Shown here: piece after piece, positions 9,658 to 19,605 of the stretch | Numbering within the stretch: position 1 is the stretch's first letter | Layout: each line of letters opens with the position of its first letter | From: an uncultured Polyangiaceae bacterium | GTDB taxonomy: Bacteria > Myxococcota_A > Polyangia > Polyangiales > Polyangiaceae | Direction of reading: 5' to 3' | Length of the DNA stretch: 64,000 bases | Assembly: GCA_964454025.1 (NCBI GenBank) | Contig: CAYVRP010000002.1 | Location: 55,242 to 119,241 of the forward strand | The notes under the pieces: model-generated | The model's input: only the letters and a program-made list of their open reading frames with translations | What the model was told of the DNA's origin: nothing | Database searches by the model: none | Position numbers and translations under genes: made by a program

Positions 9658-10926
9658 TCAGGGTGGGTTGGCGGGCAAGTAGACGCGAAAGCGGCTACCA
9701 CGGCCTACCTCGGAATCGACGGCCAGCCAACCGCCATGTTCCGCGACGATGTCCTGGGTGATGCTGAGCCCGAGCCCGGTGCCCTCGCCGGACGGCTTGG
9801 TCGTGAAGAAGGGCTCGAACACACGCCCGAGATCCTGCGCCGCGATGCCGGAGCCCCGGTCCGCCACCGTCACCACGTAGCAGCGGTCCCGGGCTCCTCG
9901 TCGGGAGCCGGCGTCACGGACGACGGACTCCTCGGCCAGCGTCAGGGTGACCTCACCGCCTGGCTCGCTGGCCTGGATCCCGTTGACGACGAGGTTCGTG
10001 AGCGCCTGGCGAAGCTGGTCGGGGGCGGCCTGGAGGGCCGCGCTCGCGGGGGTTTCGACCCTGAGCTCCACCCCTCGGCCGCGCGCGAGCGGGGTGAGGA
10101 GCTCCCCGGTTTCCCGAACGACCATCGCCAGATCGGTCAGGGTGCGGTGCGAGCTCTTGCGGCGCGCGTAGTCGAGCAGGTTGCGGACGAGAGACGTCAT
10201 GCGGGAGCACTGCTCGACGATCGCAGCGGCGCCGAGGCGCGCCTCTTCGAGGTCCACTCGTCCGCGCGCGATGAGCTGCGCGTGCCCGGAGATGACGTTG
10301 AGTGGCGTGCCGAGCTCATGGGCGAGCGCGGAGGCGAGCTTCCCCACCGTGGTGAGACGCTCGGCGTGGCGCAGCTGCTCCGCGGTCTGCAGTCGAACCT
10401 CGAGCTCGCCCAGCGCCCGACGCCGCTGCTCTTCGAGGTGCTCCGCGGCCAGGTCCAGCTCCCGGGCGAGGTCGCCGAACTCGTCGTCGCGCCATCTGCC
10501 TCGGGTCCGGTCGGGCTCTCCGGCGCCCAGCCGCCGCGCCTTCTCACGGAGGGCCTCCACCGGGCGGCCCACGACGTAGGCGCCGATCGCCATCGCCATG
10601 ACCCCGCACACGAGCGCGACGACGAGCCTCGCGCCCGGCGCGTCGACCAACAGATCGGCCAGGCTCGACGCCAGCGCCACGCGGTGCTCGTGCAGCAACG
10701 AGTCGGAGCGCGAGCCCAGGATCAGGAAGGCGCCCGCCACGTCGCTCCCGCTCGAACGCAGCGCGGCGACGTGCCGCGCCACCCGCCACGACAGCTCCCG
10801 CTCCGTTTCGTCGGCGTCCTGCGCGACCGGCGTGGCGTGGGCACGCTCGTCGAAGACGAGCCCGTCGGGACAGCGGGCGCCCCGCTCCACGACCACCAGG
10901 AAGAATGGAGGCTGGACCGCCGTCAC
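9658..10926 (-). CDS. Sensor histidine kinase (TM/HAMP-like region + HisKA + HATPase)
   Basis: The H-box is HELGTPLNVISGHAQL. The G boxes are DRGSGIAAQDL and GTGLGLSITQDIV. The hydrophobic segment is LVVALVCGVMAMAIGAYVV. GTG start at 10926. Confidence 0.88.
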   Translation of the reverse strand: MTAVQPPFFLVVVERGARCPDGLVFDERAHATPVAQDADETERELSWRVARHVAALRSSGSDVAGAFLILGSRSDSLLHEHRVALASSLADLLVDAPGARLVVALVCGVMAMAIGAYVVGRPVEALREKARRLGAGEPDRTRGRWRDDEFGDLARELDLAAEHLEEQRRRALGELEVRLQTAEQLRHAERLTTVGKLASALAHELGTPLNVISGHAQLIARGRVDLEEARLGAAAIVEQCSRMTSLVRNLLDYARRKSSHRTLTDLAMVVRETGELLTPLARGRGVELRVETPASAALQAAPDQLRQALTNLVVNGIQASEPGGEVTLTLAEESVVRDAGSRRGARDRCYVVTVADRGSGIAAQDLGRVFEPFFTTKPSGEGTGLGLSITQDIVAEHGGWLAVDSEVGRGSRFRVYLPANPP

Positions 10927-10930
10927 GGAC

Positions 10931-11359
10931 TCACCGCGCCTCGAGCTGACGGCGGATCTCCAGCCGGAGGACGTCGACGTCGAACGGCTTGTCGATGACC
11001 GCGGCGGCGCCCAGCAGGCGGGCCTTCTCCCGCGTCTCCTCGCTACCGAACGCGGTGATGAAGATGAAGCGCACCGCGGAGCGGTCGTGCCTCAGCACGC
11101 TCGCCACGTCGGTCCCGCTCAGGCCCGGCATGTTGATGTCGCTGACCACGAGGTCGGGCAGCTCCGTGGATCGGGTCCTGCCGCGAGCGGTGAGGACGTG
11201 GTCGAGCGCCTCGCTGCCATTCCTGACCGGGACGACCCGATACCCGTCCGCGGACAGGACGCGCACGAGCAGGGAGCGGAGCGCCTCGTCATCCTCCGCG
11301 AGCAAGATGGTGGCTCGGAGGGGTGGCCTCCCTCGATCGGGGACAAGGGGGTCTGTCAT
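10931..11359 (-). CDS. Stand-alone response regulator receiver protein
   Basis: ILLAEDDEALRSLL...DLVVSDINMPGLSG...ITAFGSEE...VIDKPF is a CheY-like receiver signature. No output domain is present. Confidence 0.88.
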   Translation of the reverse strand: MTDPLVPDRGRPPLRATILLAEDDEALRSLLVRVLSADGYRVVPVRNGSEALDHVLTARGRTRSTELPDLVVSDINMPGLSGTDVASVLRHDRSAVRFIFITAFGSEETREKARLLGAAAVIDKPFDVDVLRLEIRRQLEAR

Positions 11360-11413
11360 GTCGCGTCGTGATGCAACCCCCGTACCAGCCAGGCGCCCGG
11401 ATCGGCCCGCCCA

Positions 11414-12520
11414 TCACCAACCCACCCCGAGCCCGGCCGCGAACGCGGGGGCGACGGGCCACACCTCGTAGACGCTCCGGTGCGGCTCGATCACGAAGTC
11501 GCGCCGCAGCAGAGGGAACCGCAGCTCGGGGCCGAGCACGACCCGCAGCGCGTCCGCGGCGAGCGAGAGGCGCAGGGCCGCCGTGGGCGCGGCCCAGGGC
11601 TCGACCGCGTCGCGGCCTGCGATGACGCGGAGGTCGTCCGGGAAGGCCCGGGCGCGGGTCTGCCCCGCCTCGAACCCGGCGCAGGCCCCGACCCGCGAGG
11701 CGTGGCCGTGCGCGAGCGCCCAGGGACAGATCTCAACTCGACCGACGATCTGCGCGAACAGGGCGTCGGCGACCGCCGTGTCGACCCTGCCGCTGTCGAA
11801 CGCGGCGAACCCCGCCGTCACCGTGGTCAGGCCGAGCGCGCCGGTCTGCCAGGTGAGCTCGAGCCGTAAGCCGCCGCCCGCGACGAGCCCGGGGCCGACC
11901 CCCGTGGCCGCGCCGGGTACCACCAGCACCGCCCCCGAGGAGCGCTCGGCGCCACCCGAGGCCGCGCGCGGATCCTGGCCGGCGCGGTCCCGGGAGGTCC
12001 TGGACGGGGCGGGCGCCACGGGCGCCGGAACGAACGCCGGATCGGGCGGCGGCCCCGCGGGCACCGCCGGCAGCGCGCTCGCCGCAGGCGCACCCGCGGC
12101 GCTCCTCTCCCCGGCGGCCGCGTCCGCCTCGGCCTGCGCTCGGAGCGAGACGACCGCCACCACGACGATCGCCTCCATGGCCTCGCGGCAGCTCGCTGCC
12201 ACCAGCGACCGCTCCACCACGCGCCCCTCGCGATCCGCCACCGAGAGGCGCGCCGTGTACGAATCGCCCGCGGCGTCGAGGGCGACGGTGACGGCGCGCG
12301 CCGGCACCGTCGGCGCGGCGACCGCCCCCTGCCCTGCCCGCTCCCGCAGGGCGGCGAGAAACTCGGCCTCGCCGGGACAGCCGGGCGGCGCCGTGTACGC
12401 GACGCGCATCGGCTCCACCACGACCGGGGGCGGGGGTGCGGCGCGCGCCCTCCCTCCGCCCGCCACGAGGCCGAAGAGCGCCGCGAGCGCGCCGAGCGGG
12501 AGCGCGCCGCGCGTCGTCAC
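11414..12520 (-). CDS. Secreted hypothetical protein, possibly an outer-membrane beta-barrel
   Basis: GTG at 12520 overlaps the DJ-1 stop (GTGA). The signal is TTRGALPLGALAALFGLVAGGGRARA. The C-terminal third has alternating hydrophobic strands and ends in an aromatic residue (...AAGLGVGW). The upstream part of ORF 11414..13114 is Arg-rich junk overlapping the DJ-1 gene. Confidence 0.55.
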   Translation of the reverse strand: MTTRGALPLGALAALFGLVAGGGRARAAPPPPVVVEPMRVAYTAPPGCPGEAEFLAALRERAGQGAVAAPTVPARAVTVALDAAGDSYTARLSVADREGRVVERSLVAASCREAMEAIVVVAVVSLRAQAEADAAAGERSAAGAPAASALPAVPAGPPPDPAFVPAPVAPAPSRTSRDRAGQDPRAASGGAERSSGAVLVVPGAATGVGPGLVAGGGLRLELTWQTGALGLTTVTAGFAAFDSGRVDTAVADALFAQIVGRVEICPWALAHGHASRVGACAGFEAGQTRARAFPDDLRVIAGRDAVEPWAAPTAALRLSLAADALRVVLGPELRFPLLRRDFVIEPHRSVYEVWPVAPAFAAGLGVGW

Positions 12521-13059
12521 GCCTTGACGAGCATGCCCTGGCGAAGCTCCGTCGCCTTGCCGTGCCCCACCAGCCTTCGCACCAGCGCGAGCGCGAACTC
12601 CATCGCGGTCCCGGGACCGCGGCTGGTGAGGAGCTGCCCGTCCTCGACCACCCGATCGCTCGAGTACTCCGCGCTGGGGAGCTCGAAGCCCGGGTAGCTC
12701 GTCGCGCGCTTGCCCTCGAGCACCCCGGCCCGCTCGAGCGCGATGGGCGCCGCGCAGATGGCGGCCACGAGCTTGCCGCCGTCGGCGGCCGCGCGGACCA
12801 GCGCCTGCACTCGCGCGTCGTCGCGGAGGGCCTCCGCGTTGCGCTGGCCGCCGGGGAGCACCACCGCGTCGAGATCGCCCGCCGCGAGCTCGGACACGGT
12901 CGCGTCGACCCCCAGGCGGATCCCGTGGGCGCCCAGCACGGTCTCGCCTCGCAGCGCGGCCACCGTCACCTCGACCCCGCCCCGCCGGAGCACGTCGATC
13001 AGGGGCACCGCCTCGATCTCCTCGAACCCGTCTGCGATCAGCACGGCCGCTCTCGCCAT
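12517..13059 (-). CDS. DJ-1/PfpI (ThiJ/YajL-like) family protein
   Basis: MARAAVLIADGFEEIEAVPLIDVLRRGG and the nucleophile-elbow motif AAICAAP are present. The length is the typical 180 aa. Confidence 0.88.
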   Translation of the reverse strand: MARAAVLIADGFEEIEAVPLIDVLRRGGVEVTVAALRGETVLGAHGIRLGVDATVSELAAGDLDAVVLPGGQRNAEALRDDARVQALVRAAADGGKLVAAICAAPIALERAGVLEGKRATSYPGFELPSAEYSSDRVVEDGQLLTSRGPGTAMEFALALVRRLVGHGKATELRQGMLVKA

Positions 13060-13168
13060 CTCTGCCTCCTCGGGCGGACCAGACTCCCGGCCCGCACCGC
13101 GCGGGGCGCAGCATACCCTCCAGGGACGGCCCCAGGGAACCGCAGCGCCCCCGAGCGCGGCCGGGCCG

Positions 13169-14644
13169 TCACTCGGGCAGCTCGGCGGGGGGCGCCGCGC
13201 GCGGTCGGGCCGAGCCCGCTGGCGGCGGCCGCGTGCCGGGGCGGCAGCGCTGGACGGACACCTCGACGCTCCGGCCGCGCGGGACCGCGATCAGCAGATC
13301 GTCACCGCGCCGCGCGAGCACCTCGCCCCGGCCGAGCGCGGCCTCGCTCGCGAGGGCGTCACGCGGCCGGCCGTCAGCGCCGATGGCCATCAGCGCGCCC
13401 TCTTCGCCGATCCCGGGGATGGCGAGCCAGAGGTGCCCGGCGCCGCCGCTCGCGCGCGCGTCGGCGATCAGCGACGGCGCGCCCGGCCCGATGCCGTCCT
13501 CCTCGATGGCCTCGCGGGTGACGGTCCCGTCGAGGCCGACGCGCGCCAAGAGCACCGGGCCTCCCTCGGCGCCGGGGGTCGCGTCGGCGGAGCGCACCGC
13601 GATCAGCGCCGAGCCGTCCGCGAGCGGCGCGAGGTCGAAGACGACCACCGCCTGCGCCTCCGGGGTCACCCGCAGCGGCTTGCCGATGGGAACCCCCCGC
13701 GCGTCGAGGGGCACCGCCGCCACCCAGCGCCGCTCGCGAGCGATGACGTCGAAGTCGTCGTCGGGTCCCGGCGCGGCCGGCGCGCGCGCCGCCGAGCCCG
13801 TCCGCGGCGCCTCGCGCAGCGAGCAGGCGAGCCAGAAGCCGCCCGGTCGCGGCACCAGGCGCGGCGCCTCCGCGGACGCCCCGAGGTCGAGCGCGCGCTC
13901 CACGCCCGCGCGGGACAGATCCGCGGGGTCGAAGTCCACGACCCGGATGGTCCCGCGCTCCTTCGCCGCGTCCCAGCGGTCCCAGGCGACGACCCCGCGC
14001 TCGTCGCCGAGGCCGAGATCGAACGCCTCGGAGTCGTCCCAGCCCTCGCTGAGCTCGGGGCCCCAGGTCACGGCGGTCACCGTCGTCGCCCCGCGGGCCA
14101 CGCCCACCCGCAGCAGGTTCCCGCCCGCGTCGCTGTCGGGGACGACGAGGAAGAGATCCGGGCCGCGCGCGGCGACCACCGGCGCCTCGAAGGTGCCGTG
14201 CGTCAGCCCGAGATCGAGGATGCGACCGCTGGCGCCGTCGCCGCCCACCAGCGCGACGAAGGCGGCGACGCCGCGCTCGCGCGCGCCGAGGGCGCCGATC
14301 GCGAAGCCGCGCTCGAGCGCGACGGCCCGGCCGATCTCGACGGAGAAGGGGAGATCGTGCTCATCGGCGTCCCCCCCGGGCTCCGTCTCGCCGATGGTGA
14401 ACGAGGCCCCGCGCGTCACCGGCGCGCAGCGCGGCTCGGGCGGCGCGACCGAGGGGGCCGGCGCGGAAACCGACGCGACGCCCGGCTCGTCGAGCTCGTC
14501 GGGCTCGACCGCCGCCGGGCGCGGCTTCGTGCGACAGCCGCCGAGGATCAGCGCCCCCGCGACCAGCGCCCCCGCGACTCGGGCGCCTGACCCGGCCGGC
14601 AGCGAAGACGCGACGAGTGCCCAGCAGCCGAGTCGGTCGCGCAC
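13169..14644 (-). CDS. Lipoprotein of unknown function (repetitive beta-rich body)
   Basis: GTG start. VAGALVAGALILGGC is a lipobox. The amino-acid composition is coherent and non-Arg-biased. The overlapping plus-strand ORFs are Ala/Arg/Ser junk. Confidence 0.6.
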   Translation of the reverse strand: MRDRLGCWALVASSLPAGSGARVAGALVAGALILGGCRTKPRPAAVEPDELDEPGVASVSAPAPSVAPPEPRCAPVTRGASFTIGETEPGGDADEHDLPFSVEIGRAVALERGFAIGALGARERGVAAFVALVGGDGASGRILDLGLTHGTFEAPVVAARGPDLFLVVPDSDAGGNLLRVGVARGATTVTAVTWGPELSEGWDDSEAFDLGLGDERGVVAWDRWDAAKERGTIRVVDFDPADLSRAGVERALDLGASAEAPRLVPRPGGFWLACSLREAPRTGSAARAPAAPGPDDDFDVIARERRWVAAVPLDARGVPIGKPLRVTPEAQAVVVFDLAPLADGSALIAVRSADATPGAEGGPVLLARVGLDGTVTREAIEEDGIGPGAPSLIADARASGGAGHLWLAIPGIGEEGALMAIGADGRPRDALASEAALGRGEVLARRGDDLLIAVPRGRSVEVSVQRCRPGTRPPPAGSARPRAAPPAELPE

Positions 14645-14840
14645 GACGGCGGGGAGTACCGCGCCCCCTCACCGCTCGCAAGACGGCGCGGTCGACGGCG
14701 CAATTCGGCCGCCGCCGCGCGCCACGGCGCCGCCGCCGCGCGCCGGGGCGCGCCGGCGCCCGCCGGGCCCGCCTGGCCGGTGAGGCCGCGGCGAGTATGA
14801 TCCGCGCCGGCCGCGGACCGCGCGGGCACTCGAGCCGAGC

Positions 14841-17462
14841 ATGCGAAACTCCGAGCTCTCGAAGCCTTACGAGCCGAACCTCGTTCTCCGGGCCCTGTAC
14901 GCCCTGGTCTTCGACCGGATAAAGGTCGACCCCGCCTGGGTGGAGGAGAACCGACGCCTCGCGGCGCGCGGCTCGGTCGTCCACGTCATGGCCAACCTCA
15001 ACCTGGTCGACTTCCTCGTGCTCGACCACCTGACCAAACGGTTCGAGCTGCCCCCGCTGCGCTTCGTCAACGACCTCGGGCTCTGGGCCTTGAACCCCAA
15101 CCTCGGCCGGGGATGGAGCGACCTATTCTACCCGCGCTCGCCGGCGACCCAGCTCCGCCACGCGCTCACGAGCGGCGGCTCCGCGCTGCTGTTCCTGCGG
15201 CGCCCGCGGAGCATGGTCGACCTGGCGATCGGCGCCACCCGCCGCCGCGGCCGGACCGAGGGCGAGGCCCTGATGAAGGCGCTCTTCGAGCTCCAGCGCC
15301 GGAGCGAGCGGCCCATCCTGCTCGTCCCCCAGCTCTTCGTCTGGAACAAGCGGCCCGAGGCCAAGGTCTACCAGCCGCTCGACGTGATGCTGGCGCCGCG
15401 CGAGTGGCCGAACGTCGCCCTGTCGATCGCGCAGTTCCTCTACAACTACCACCACGTCGCGATGCGCGTCGGCGAGCCCCTCGATCTCCGAGAGCTCCTG
15501 CCCGCCGAGCCGGAGCGCGAGGAGGAGGTCCGGGGGCGAGCCACCTACGTCCTGCTACGGCGCATCGAGCGCGAGCGGCGGGTGGTGACCGGACCCGCGG
15601 ACAAGCCGCCGGATCGCGTCCGGCTCGAGATCGTCCAGAGCCCCAAGCTCCGGGCGACCATCGACGACCTGGCGGGGGAGCGCGAGGCGGACCGGGCCGT
15701 GCTCACGGGGCAGGCGCTCGCCATGCTCCGCGAGCTCCAGGCCCGCCCCGACCCCACCACGCGCAAGGGGATGGAGGTGCTCTTCCGCCACGTATTCCGC
15801 CGCGTGTCCGCCGGGATCGAGTTCGATCCGGCGGACATCGAGCGGGTCCGGCGCGCGGCGCGGGACGGGACGCTCGTCATCCTGCCCAGCCACAAGAGCC
15901 ACTTCGACTACTTCTCGCTCGGCTTCGTCTTCAGCGAGCAGAACCTGCCGCTCCCCAACATCGCCGCCGGCGACAACCTCAACTTCTTCCCGCTCGGACC
16001 CCTGCTCCGCCGCGGGGGCGCCTTCTTCATCCGGCGCGCCTTCAAGGGCGACCGGCTCTACGCGGCGGTGGTCGACGCCTACATCCGCCGGCTGATCCGG
16101 GAGGGGCACGCGATCGAGCTCTTCCTCGAGGGGACCCGGAGCCGGACGGGCAAGCTCTTGCCCCCGAAGTTCGGCCTCTTGACCATGGTGGTCGACGCGG
16201 CCCTGGCCGTCCCCGATCAGCAGACCTTCTTCGTCCCCGTCAGCATCGGCTACGAGCGGATCGCCGAGCTCGGCGCCTACGCGCGCGAGCTGGGCGGCGA
16301 CGAGAAGCGGCCGGAGAACGCCCGGGAACTGCTGAAGACCCCGGAGGTGCTCCGCCACCGCTACGGCCGGCTCAACCTCCAGATCGGCCAGATCCTGAGC
16401 CTGGACGAGGTGCGGCGCGAGCTCGGGCTCCCCGCGGAGGGCGCCCTCTCCCCGGCCAAGCGCCGGGCGCTGGTGACCCGCGTCGGCAACCGGGTGCTGG
16501 ACGAGATCAACCGTGTCACCGCCGTCACCCCGAGCTCGCTCGCCGCTCTGGCGCTGCTCAACGATCACCCGCGCCGCAGCACCGCGCACCGCGAGCTCTA
16601 CGAGCGCTGCGATCGGCTGCTCGGGGTCCTGCGCCGGCTCGGAGCGCGGATCACGCCGGCGACGGCGGTGGGCGACGGCCCGCTCCGCCCGGAAGCGCTG
16701 CGCGAGGCGCTCCAGCTCTTCCTCGACTCGGAGCTCGTCGCCGTGAGCTACGACCGGGTGGAGGACTGGGGCCGGCGCTTCTGGGACCGGCCGCGCGCGC
16801 GCACCGACGCGACCTACTTCGTCCCGGAACAGAAGCGCCTGCAGCTCGACGTCTCCAAGAACATGATCTTGCACTTCTTCGTCGAGCGCGCGCTGGTGGC
16901 GACCGCGCTGCTCATGCCCGGCGGGCGCCCGGTGCCCCGCGACGTGCTCCGCGACCGGGTGCAGCGCCTCTCGCGGCTGTTCAAGCACGAGTTCCGGTTC
17001 CGGGCCGACGCCCCCTTCGACGAGATCTTCGCCACCACGGTCGGCGCCCTCCTCGAGGAGGGGACGCTCGCCGAGACGCCGGCGGGGCTCGACGCGGGGC
17101 CGGGGAGCGCCGGGGCGAGCGGCCTGTTCTGGGTCATCACCTACGCCAACATGCTGAAGAACTTCCTCGAGGGCTATCGCCTCGCGGCCCGCTCGCTGAT
17201 CGTGCTGGTGAAGGCGCCGCTGCCGGAGAAGGAGCTCGTGCGCCGGGCGCTCACCATGGGGACGCGCCTGGCCGCGAGCGGCGTCATCGAGCGGCGCGAG
17301 GCGGTCTCCAAGCCGCTGATCGGCAACGCGCTGGCCTCGCTCCTCGACGACGAGTACCTGCGCCGCGATGGGGATCGGCTCGAGCTCGCCGAGTCGTTCC
17401 GCGACCCGAAGGCGGTGACCACCATCGAGGCGCGCATCGCCGGCTTCATGGGGGAGGTGTGA
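14841..17462 (+). CDS. plsB: Glycerol-3-phosphate acyltransferase
   Basis: The acyltransferase motif I is HKSHFDY (HxxxxD). It is followed by NFFPLGPLLRRGGAFFIRR and FLEGTRSRTGKLL (motifs II and III). The 873-aa size is typical of PlsB. Confidence 0.88.
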   Translation: MRNSELSKPYEPNLVLRALYALVFDRIKVDPAWVEENRRLAARGSVVHVMANLNLVDFLVLDHLTKRFELPPLRFVNDLGLWALNPNLGRGWSDLFYPRSPATQLRHALTSGGSALLFLRRPRSMVDLAIGATRRRGRTEGEALMKALFELQRRSERPILLVPQLFVWNKRPEAKVYQPLDVMLAPREWPNVALSIAQFLYNYHHVAMRVGEPLDLRELLPAEPEREEEVRGRATYVLLRRIERERRVVTGPADKPPDRVRLEIVQSPKLRATIDDLAGEREADRAVLTGQALAMLRELQARPDPTTRKGMEVLFRHVFRRVSAGIEFDPADIERVRRAARDGTLVILPSHKSHFDYFSLGFVFSEQNLPLPNIAAGDNLNFFPLGPLLRRGGAFFIRRAFKGDRLYAAVVDAYIRRLIREGHAIELFLEGTRSRTGKLLPPKFGLLTMVVDAALAVPDQQTFFVPVSIGYERIAELGAYARELGGDEKRPENARELLKTPEVLRHRYGRLNLQIGQILSLDEVRRELGLPAEGALSPAKRRALVTRVGNRVLDEINRVTAVTPSSLAALALLNDHPRRSTAHRELYERCDRLLGVLRRLGARITPATAVGDGPLRPEALREALQLFLDSELVAVSYDRVEDWGRRFWDRPRARTDATYFVPEQKRLQLDVSKNMILHFFVERALVATALLMPGGRPVPRDVLRDRVQRLSRLFKHEFRFRADAPFDEIFATTVGALLEEGTLAETPAGLDAGPGSAGASGLFWVITYANMLKNFLEGYRLAARSLIVLVKAPLPEKELVRRALTMGTRLAASGVIERREAVSKPLIGNALASLLDDEYLRRDGDRLELAESFRDPKAVTTIEARIAGFMGEV

Positions 17463-18358
17463 GCGGCCAGGTCCGGTGGGGCGCGCTGGGAGCGGCGCTC
17501 GGCGCCGCGGGGTGCCTGGCGACCCCGACCCCGCTGGCGCCGGGGCTCGCGGGCTCGGTCGGGGTGCCGCACCACGGCGTCCTCACGGGGGCGGTGGAGC
17601 TGCCGGCGCGGGGTCCGGGCTTCGTGCGCTACCGGCCGCGCGGCGCGAACCACTGGGGGCTGCCCCGGCTGGTCTCCGCCGTGGAGCGGGCGGCGGCCGC
17701 GGTCGACCGCGAGCTGCCCGGCGGCGCTCCGCTCGTCGTCGGCGATCTCTCGGCGCGCCACGGTGGCCGCCTCCCGGGCCACCGCTCCCACCGCACGGGT
17801 CGTGACGCGGATCTGCTCTTCTACGTCACCACCCCCGGCGGCGCCCCGCTCCGGAGCCCCGGGTTCGTGGCGTTCGGCCCCGACGGGCTCGCCGCCGTCC
17901 CCAACGGGAAGGACTTCCTCCGCGTCGATCTCGAGCGAAACTGGCGCCTCGTGCGCGCGCTGGTCACCGACGAGCTCGCCGCGACCCAGTGGCTCTTCGT
18001 GAGCCGCGATCTCGAGGCGATGCTCATCGACTACGCCCTGGCGCGCGGCGAGCCCCTCGCCGTCGTCTGGCACGCCGAGGCGGTCATGCTGCAGCCGAGC
18101 GACAGCACGCCGCACGACGACCACTTCCACCTCCGCGTCGCCTGCACCGCGGCCGAGGCCGTCACCGGCTGCGAGGGCGGCGGTCCCCAGTGGGAATGGC
18201 TGGCCCCGCTGCCCCTGCTGCCCGGGCTGTCTCCGGCCGAGCTCTCCGCGATCGGCGAGGCCGATCCGCCGCCGGGCCCGCCCCCGCCCCTGCCGCTCGA
18301 GCCCGCCGCGGGCGCGCCGCCCGCGACCCCACGCCCAGGCGCGGAGCGTGGCGCTTGA
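17459..18358 (+). CDS. mepA: Penicillin-insensitive murein endopeptidase (peptidase M74, MepA-like) lipoprotein
   Basis: GTG at 17459 overlaps the plsB stop (GTGA). The lipobox is LGAAGC. The metal-ligand motifs are HRSHRTGRDADL and HDDHFHLRV. Confidence 0.8.
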   Translation: MSGQVRWGALGAALGAAGCLATPTPLAPGLAGSVGVPHHGVLTGAVELPARGPGFVRYRPRGANHWGLPRLVSAVERAAAAVDRELPGGAPLVVGDLSARHGGRLPGHRSHRTGRDADLLFYVTTPGGAPLRSPGFVAFGPDGLAAVPNGKDFLRVDLERNWRLVRALVTDELAATQWLFVSRDLEAMLIDYALARGEPLAVVWHAEAVMLQPSDSTPHDDHFHLRVACTAAEAVTGCEGGGPQWEWLAPLPLLPGLSPAELSAIGEADPPPGPPPPLPLEPAAGAPPATPRPGAERGA

Positions 18359-19287
18359 GCCCCTCGCCGCCGCGATCCCCCGCCGCCGCGCCCGCGCCGT
18401 GGCTCCAGACGGCGAGCGGCGCCCTGTACCGCGGCGCCTGCCTCGCCGTCGTCCCGGCGCTGGTGCAGTCCCCGGCGGACCGCTTCGATCTGGTCTACGT
18501 CGATCCACCGTTCAACGCCGGCGCGGCGCGCGGGCGGCGCGCCGGCGCGGGCGAGCGCGCCCGGGGGCCCGTCGCCTACCGCGACGCCTGGGGCGGCCTC
18601 GACGCCTTCCTCGCCATGCTCGAGCCGCGCCTGGCGGCGCTCCGCGACGCCCTGAGCGAGCGCGGCAGCCTGTGGCTGCACCTCGATCACCGCACCGTCC
18701 ACGACGCCAAGGTGCTCGCCGATCGCGTCCTCGGCCGGGGCGCGTTCCGCGCCGAGATCGTGTGGACGCCGGGCAACGGCGCGCGCCGCCGGGGCGCGCC
18801 CTCGGTGACCCACCAGACGATCCTCGTCTACGCCCCGGGGGAGATGATCTACAACGCCGACGATCCCTGGCTCCGCGAGGCCCACGCGGCGACGAGCCTC
18901 GCGATGCACTTCGGTCGCACGGACGCGAACGGCCGCCGCTACCGCGACCGCACCGTCGGCGGCAAGACCTATCGCTACTACGCCGACGAGGGCCGGCGCC
19001 TCGGCAGCGTGTGGACCGACTGCCCCGCGATGCGCGCCAACACCCCCCTGGTCGCGGAGGCGACCGGCTACCCAACGCAGAAGCCCGAGCGCCTCCTGGA
19101 GCGGATCGTCCGCGCCGCGAGCGTGCCCGGGAGCCGCGTCCTCGATCCGATGTGCGGCTCCGGTACCACCCTCGCCGTCGCCGCCCGCCTCGGCCGCCGC
19201 TGGGCTGGGATCGATCTCGGCGAGGACGCCTGCCGCATCGCCGCCGCGCGGCTCGCGGGCGCGCGGCCCGGCGCGCCTGCGCGGTGA
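18355..19287 (+). CDS. Orphan beta-class DNA methyltransferase (N6-adenine or N4-cytosine)
   Basis: Motif IV DPPFN (nt 18502-18516) precedes motif I VLDPMCGSGTT, which is the beta-class order. TQKPERLLERIV is also present. The proposed TTG start at 18355 overlaps the mepA stop (TTGA) and is uncertain. No restriction endonuclease gene lies nearby. Confidence 0.8.
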   Translation: MSPSPPRSPAAAPAPWLQTASGALYRGACLAVVPALVQSPADRFDLVYVDPPFNAGAARGRRAGAGERARGPVAYRDAWGGLDAFLAMLEPRLAALRDALSERGSLWLHLDHRTVHDAKVLADRVLGRGAFRAEIVWTPGNGARRRGAPSVTHQTILVYAPGEMIYNADDPWLREAHAATSLAMHFGRTDANGRRYRDRTVGGKTYRYYADEGRRLGSVWTDCPAMRANTPLVAEATGYPTQKPERLLERIVRAASVPGSRVLDPMCGSGTTLAVAARLGRRWAGIDLGEDACRIAAARLAGARPGAPAR

Positions 19288-19327
19288 AGGGGGGCGGCGA
19301 CGGAGGGCGCGCGGCGCGGCCTGTTGA

Positions 19328-19605
19328 CTGGTGGCCCTCGGCCTCGGCGGCACCGAGCCGGCGGGTGAGCTGGCAGCCCCGGCGACGACCCCTGGTGGGT
19401 CGGCGCCGGGGAGCAGCGCTGCGTCGGGAGCGTCTGCGGGGCGCCGCGCGAGGAGGGCGAGGCGCGCGTGGGCGACGAGGACTGCGGCGCCGGGTTCGCC
19501 TGCGTCATGGTGGACGACGTCACCGGCGAGTCGCGCTGCCTCGGCGGGGAGCCCCTCCGCGCGGACCTCGAGACGTGCACCGTCCGGTGCGGGTTCGAGG
19601 CGTGA
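19328..19605 (+). pseudogene. Possible frameshifted small Cys-rich ORF
   Basis: The frame covering 19369-19605 has G/C at the third position of every codon I read. It encodes ...EQRCVGSVCGAPREEGEARVGDEDCGAGFACVMVDDVTGESRCLGGEPLRADLETCTVRCGFEA*. It has no start codon after an in-frame TGA at 19366-19368. A second frame opens at CTG/GTG 19328/19331 and looks coding for only about 15-20 codons. Confidence 0.3.

Noticed and set aside
15113-17458. N-terminal 780 aa of ORF 15113..18358, and similar long N-terminal extensions of ORFs 21262.., 22029.., 38672.., 11414..13114, 61285..63264, 34815.. and 17989..
   Set aside because: The extensions overlap well-supported genes in another frame and translate to Arg/Pro/Ala junk. 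Only the C-terminal parts are real, and they begin at starts supported by signal peptides, family N-termini or 4-nt overlaps.
18355-19287. Methyltransferase as half of a restriction-modification system
   Set aside because: No endonuclease-like ORF lies adjacent. The 19288-19812 gap holds only a short Cys-rich frame. It is treated as an orphan methyltransferase.
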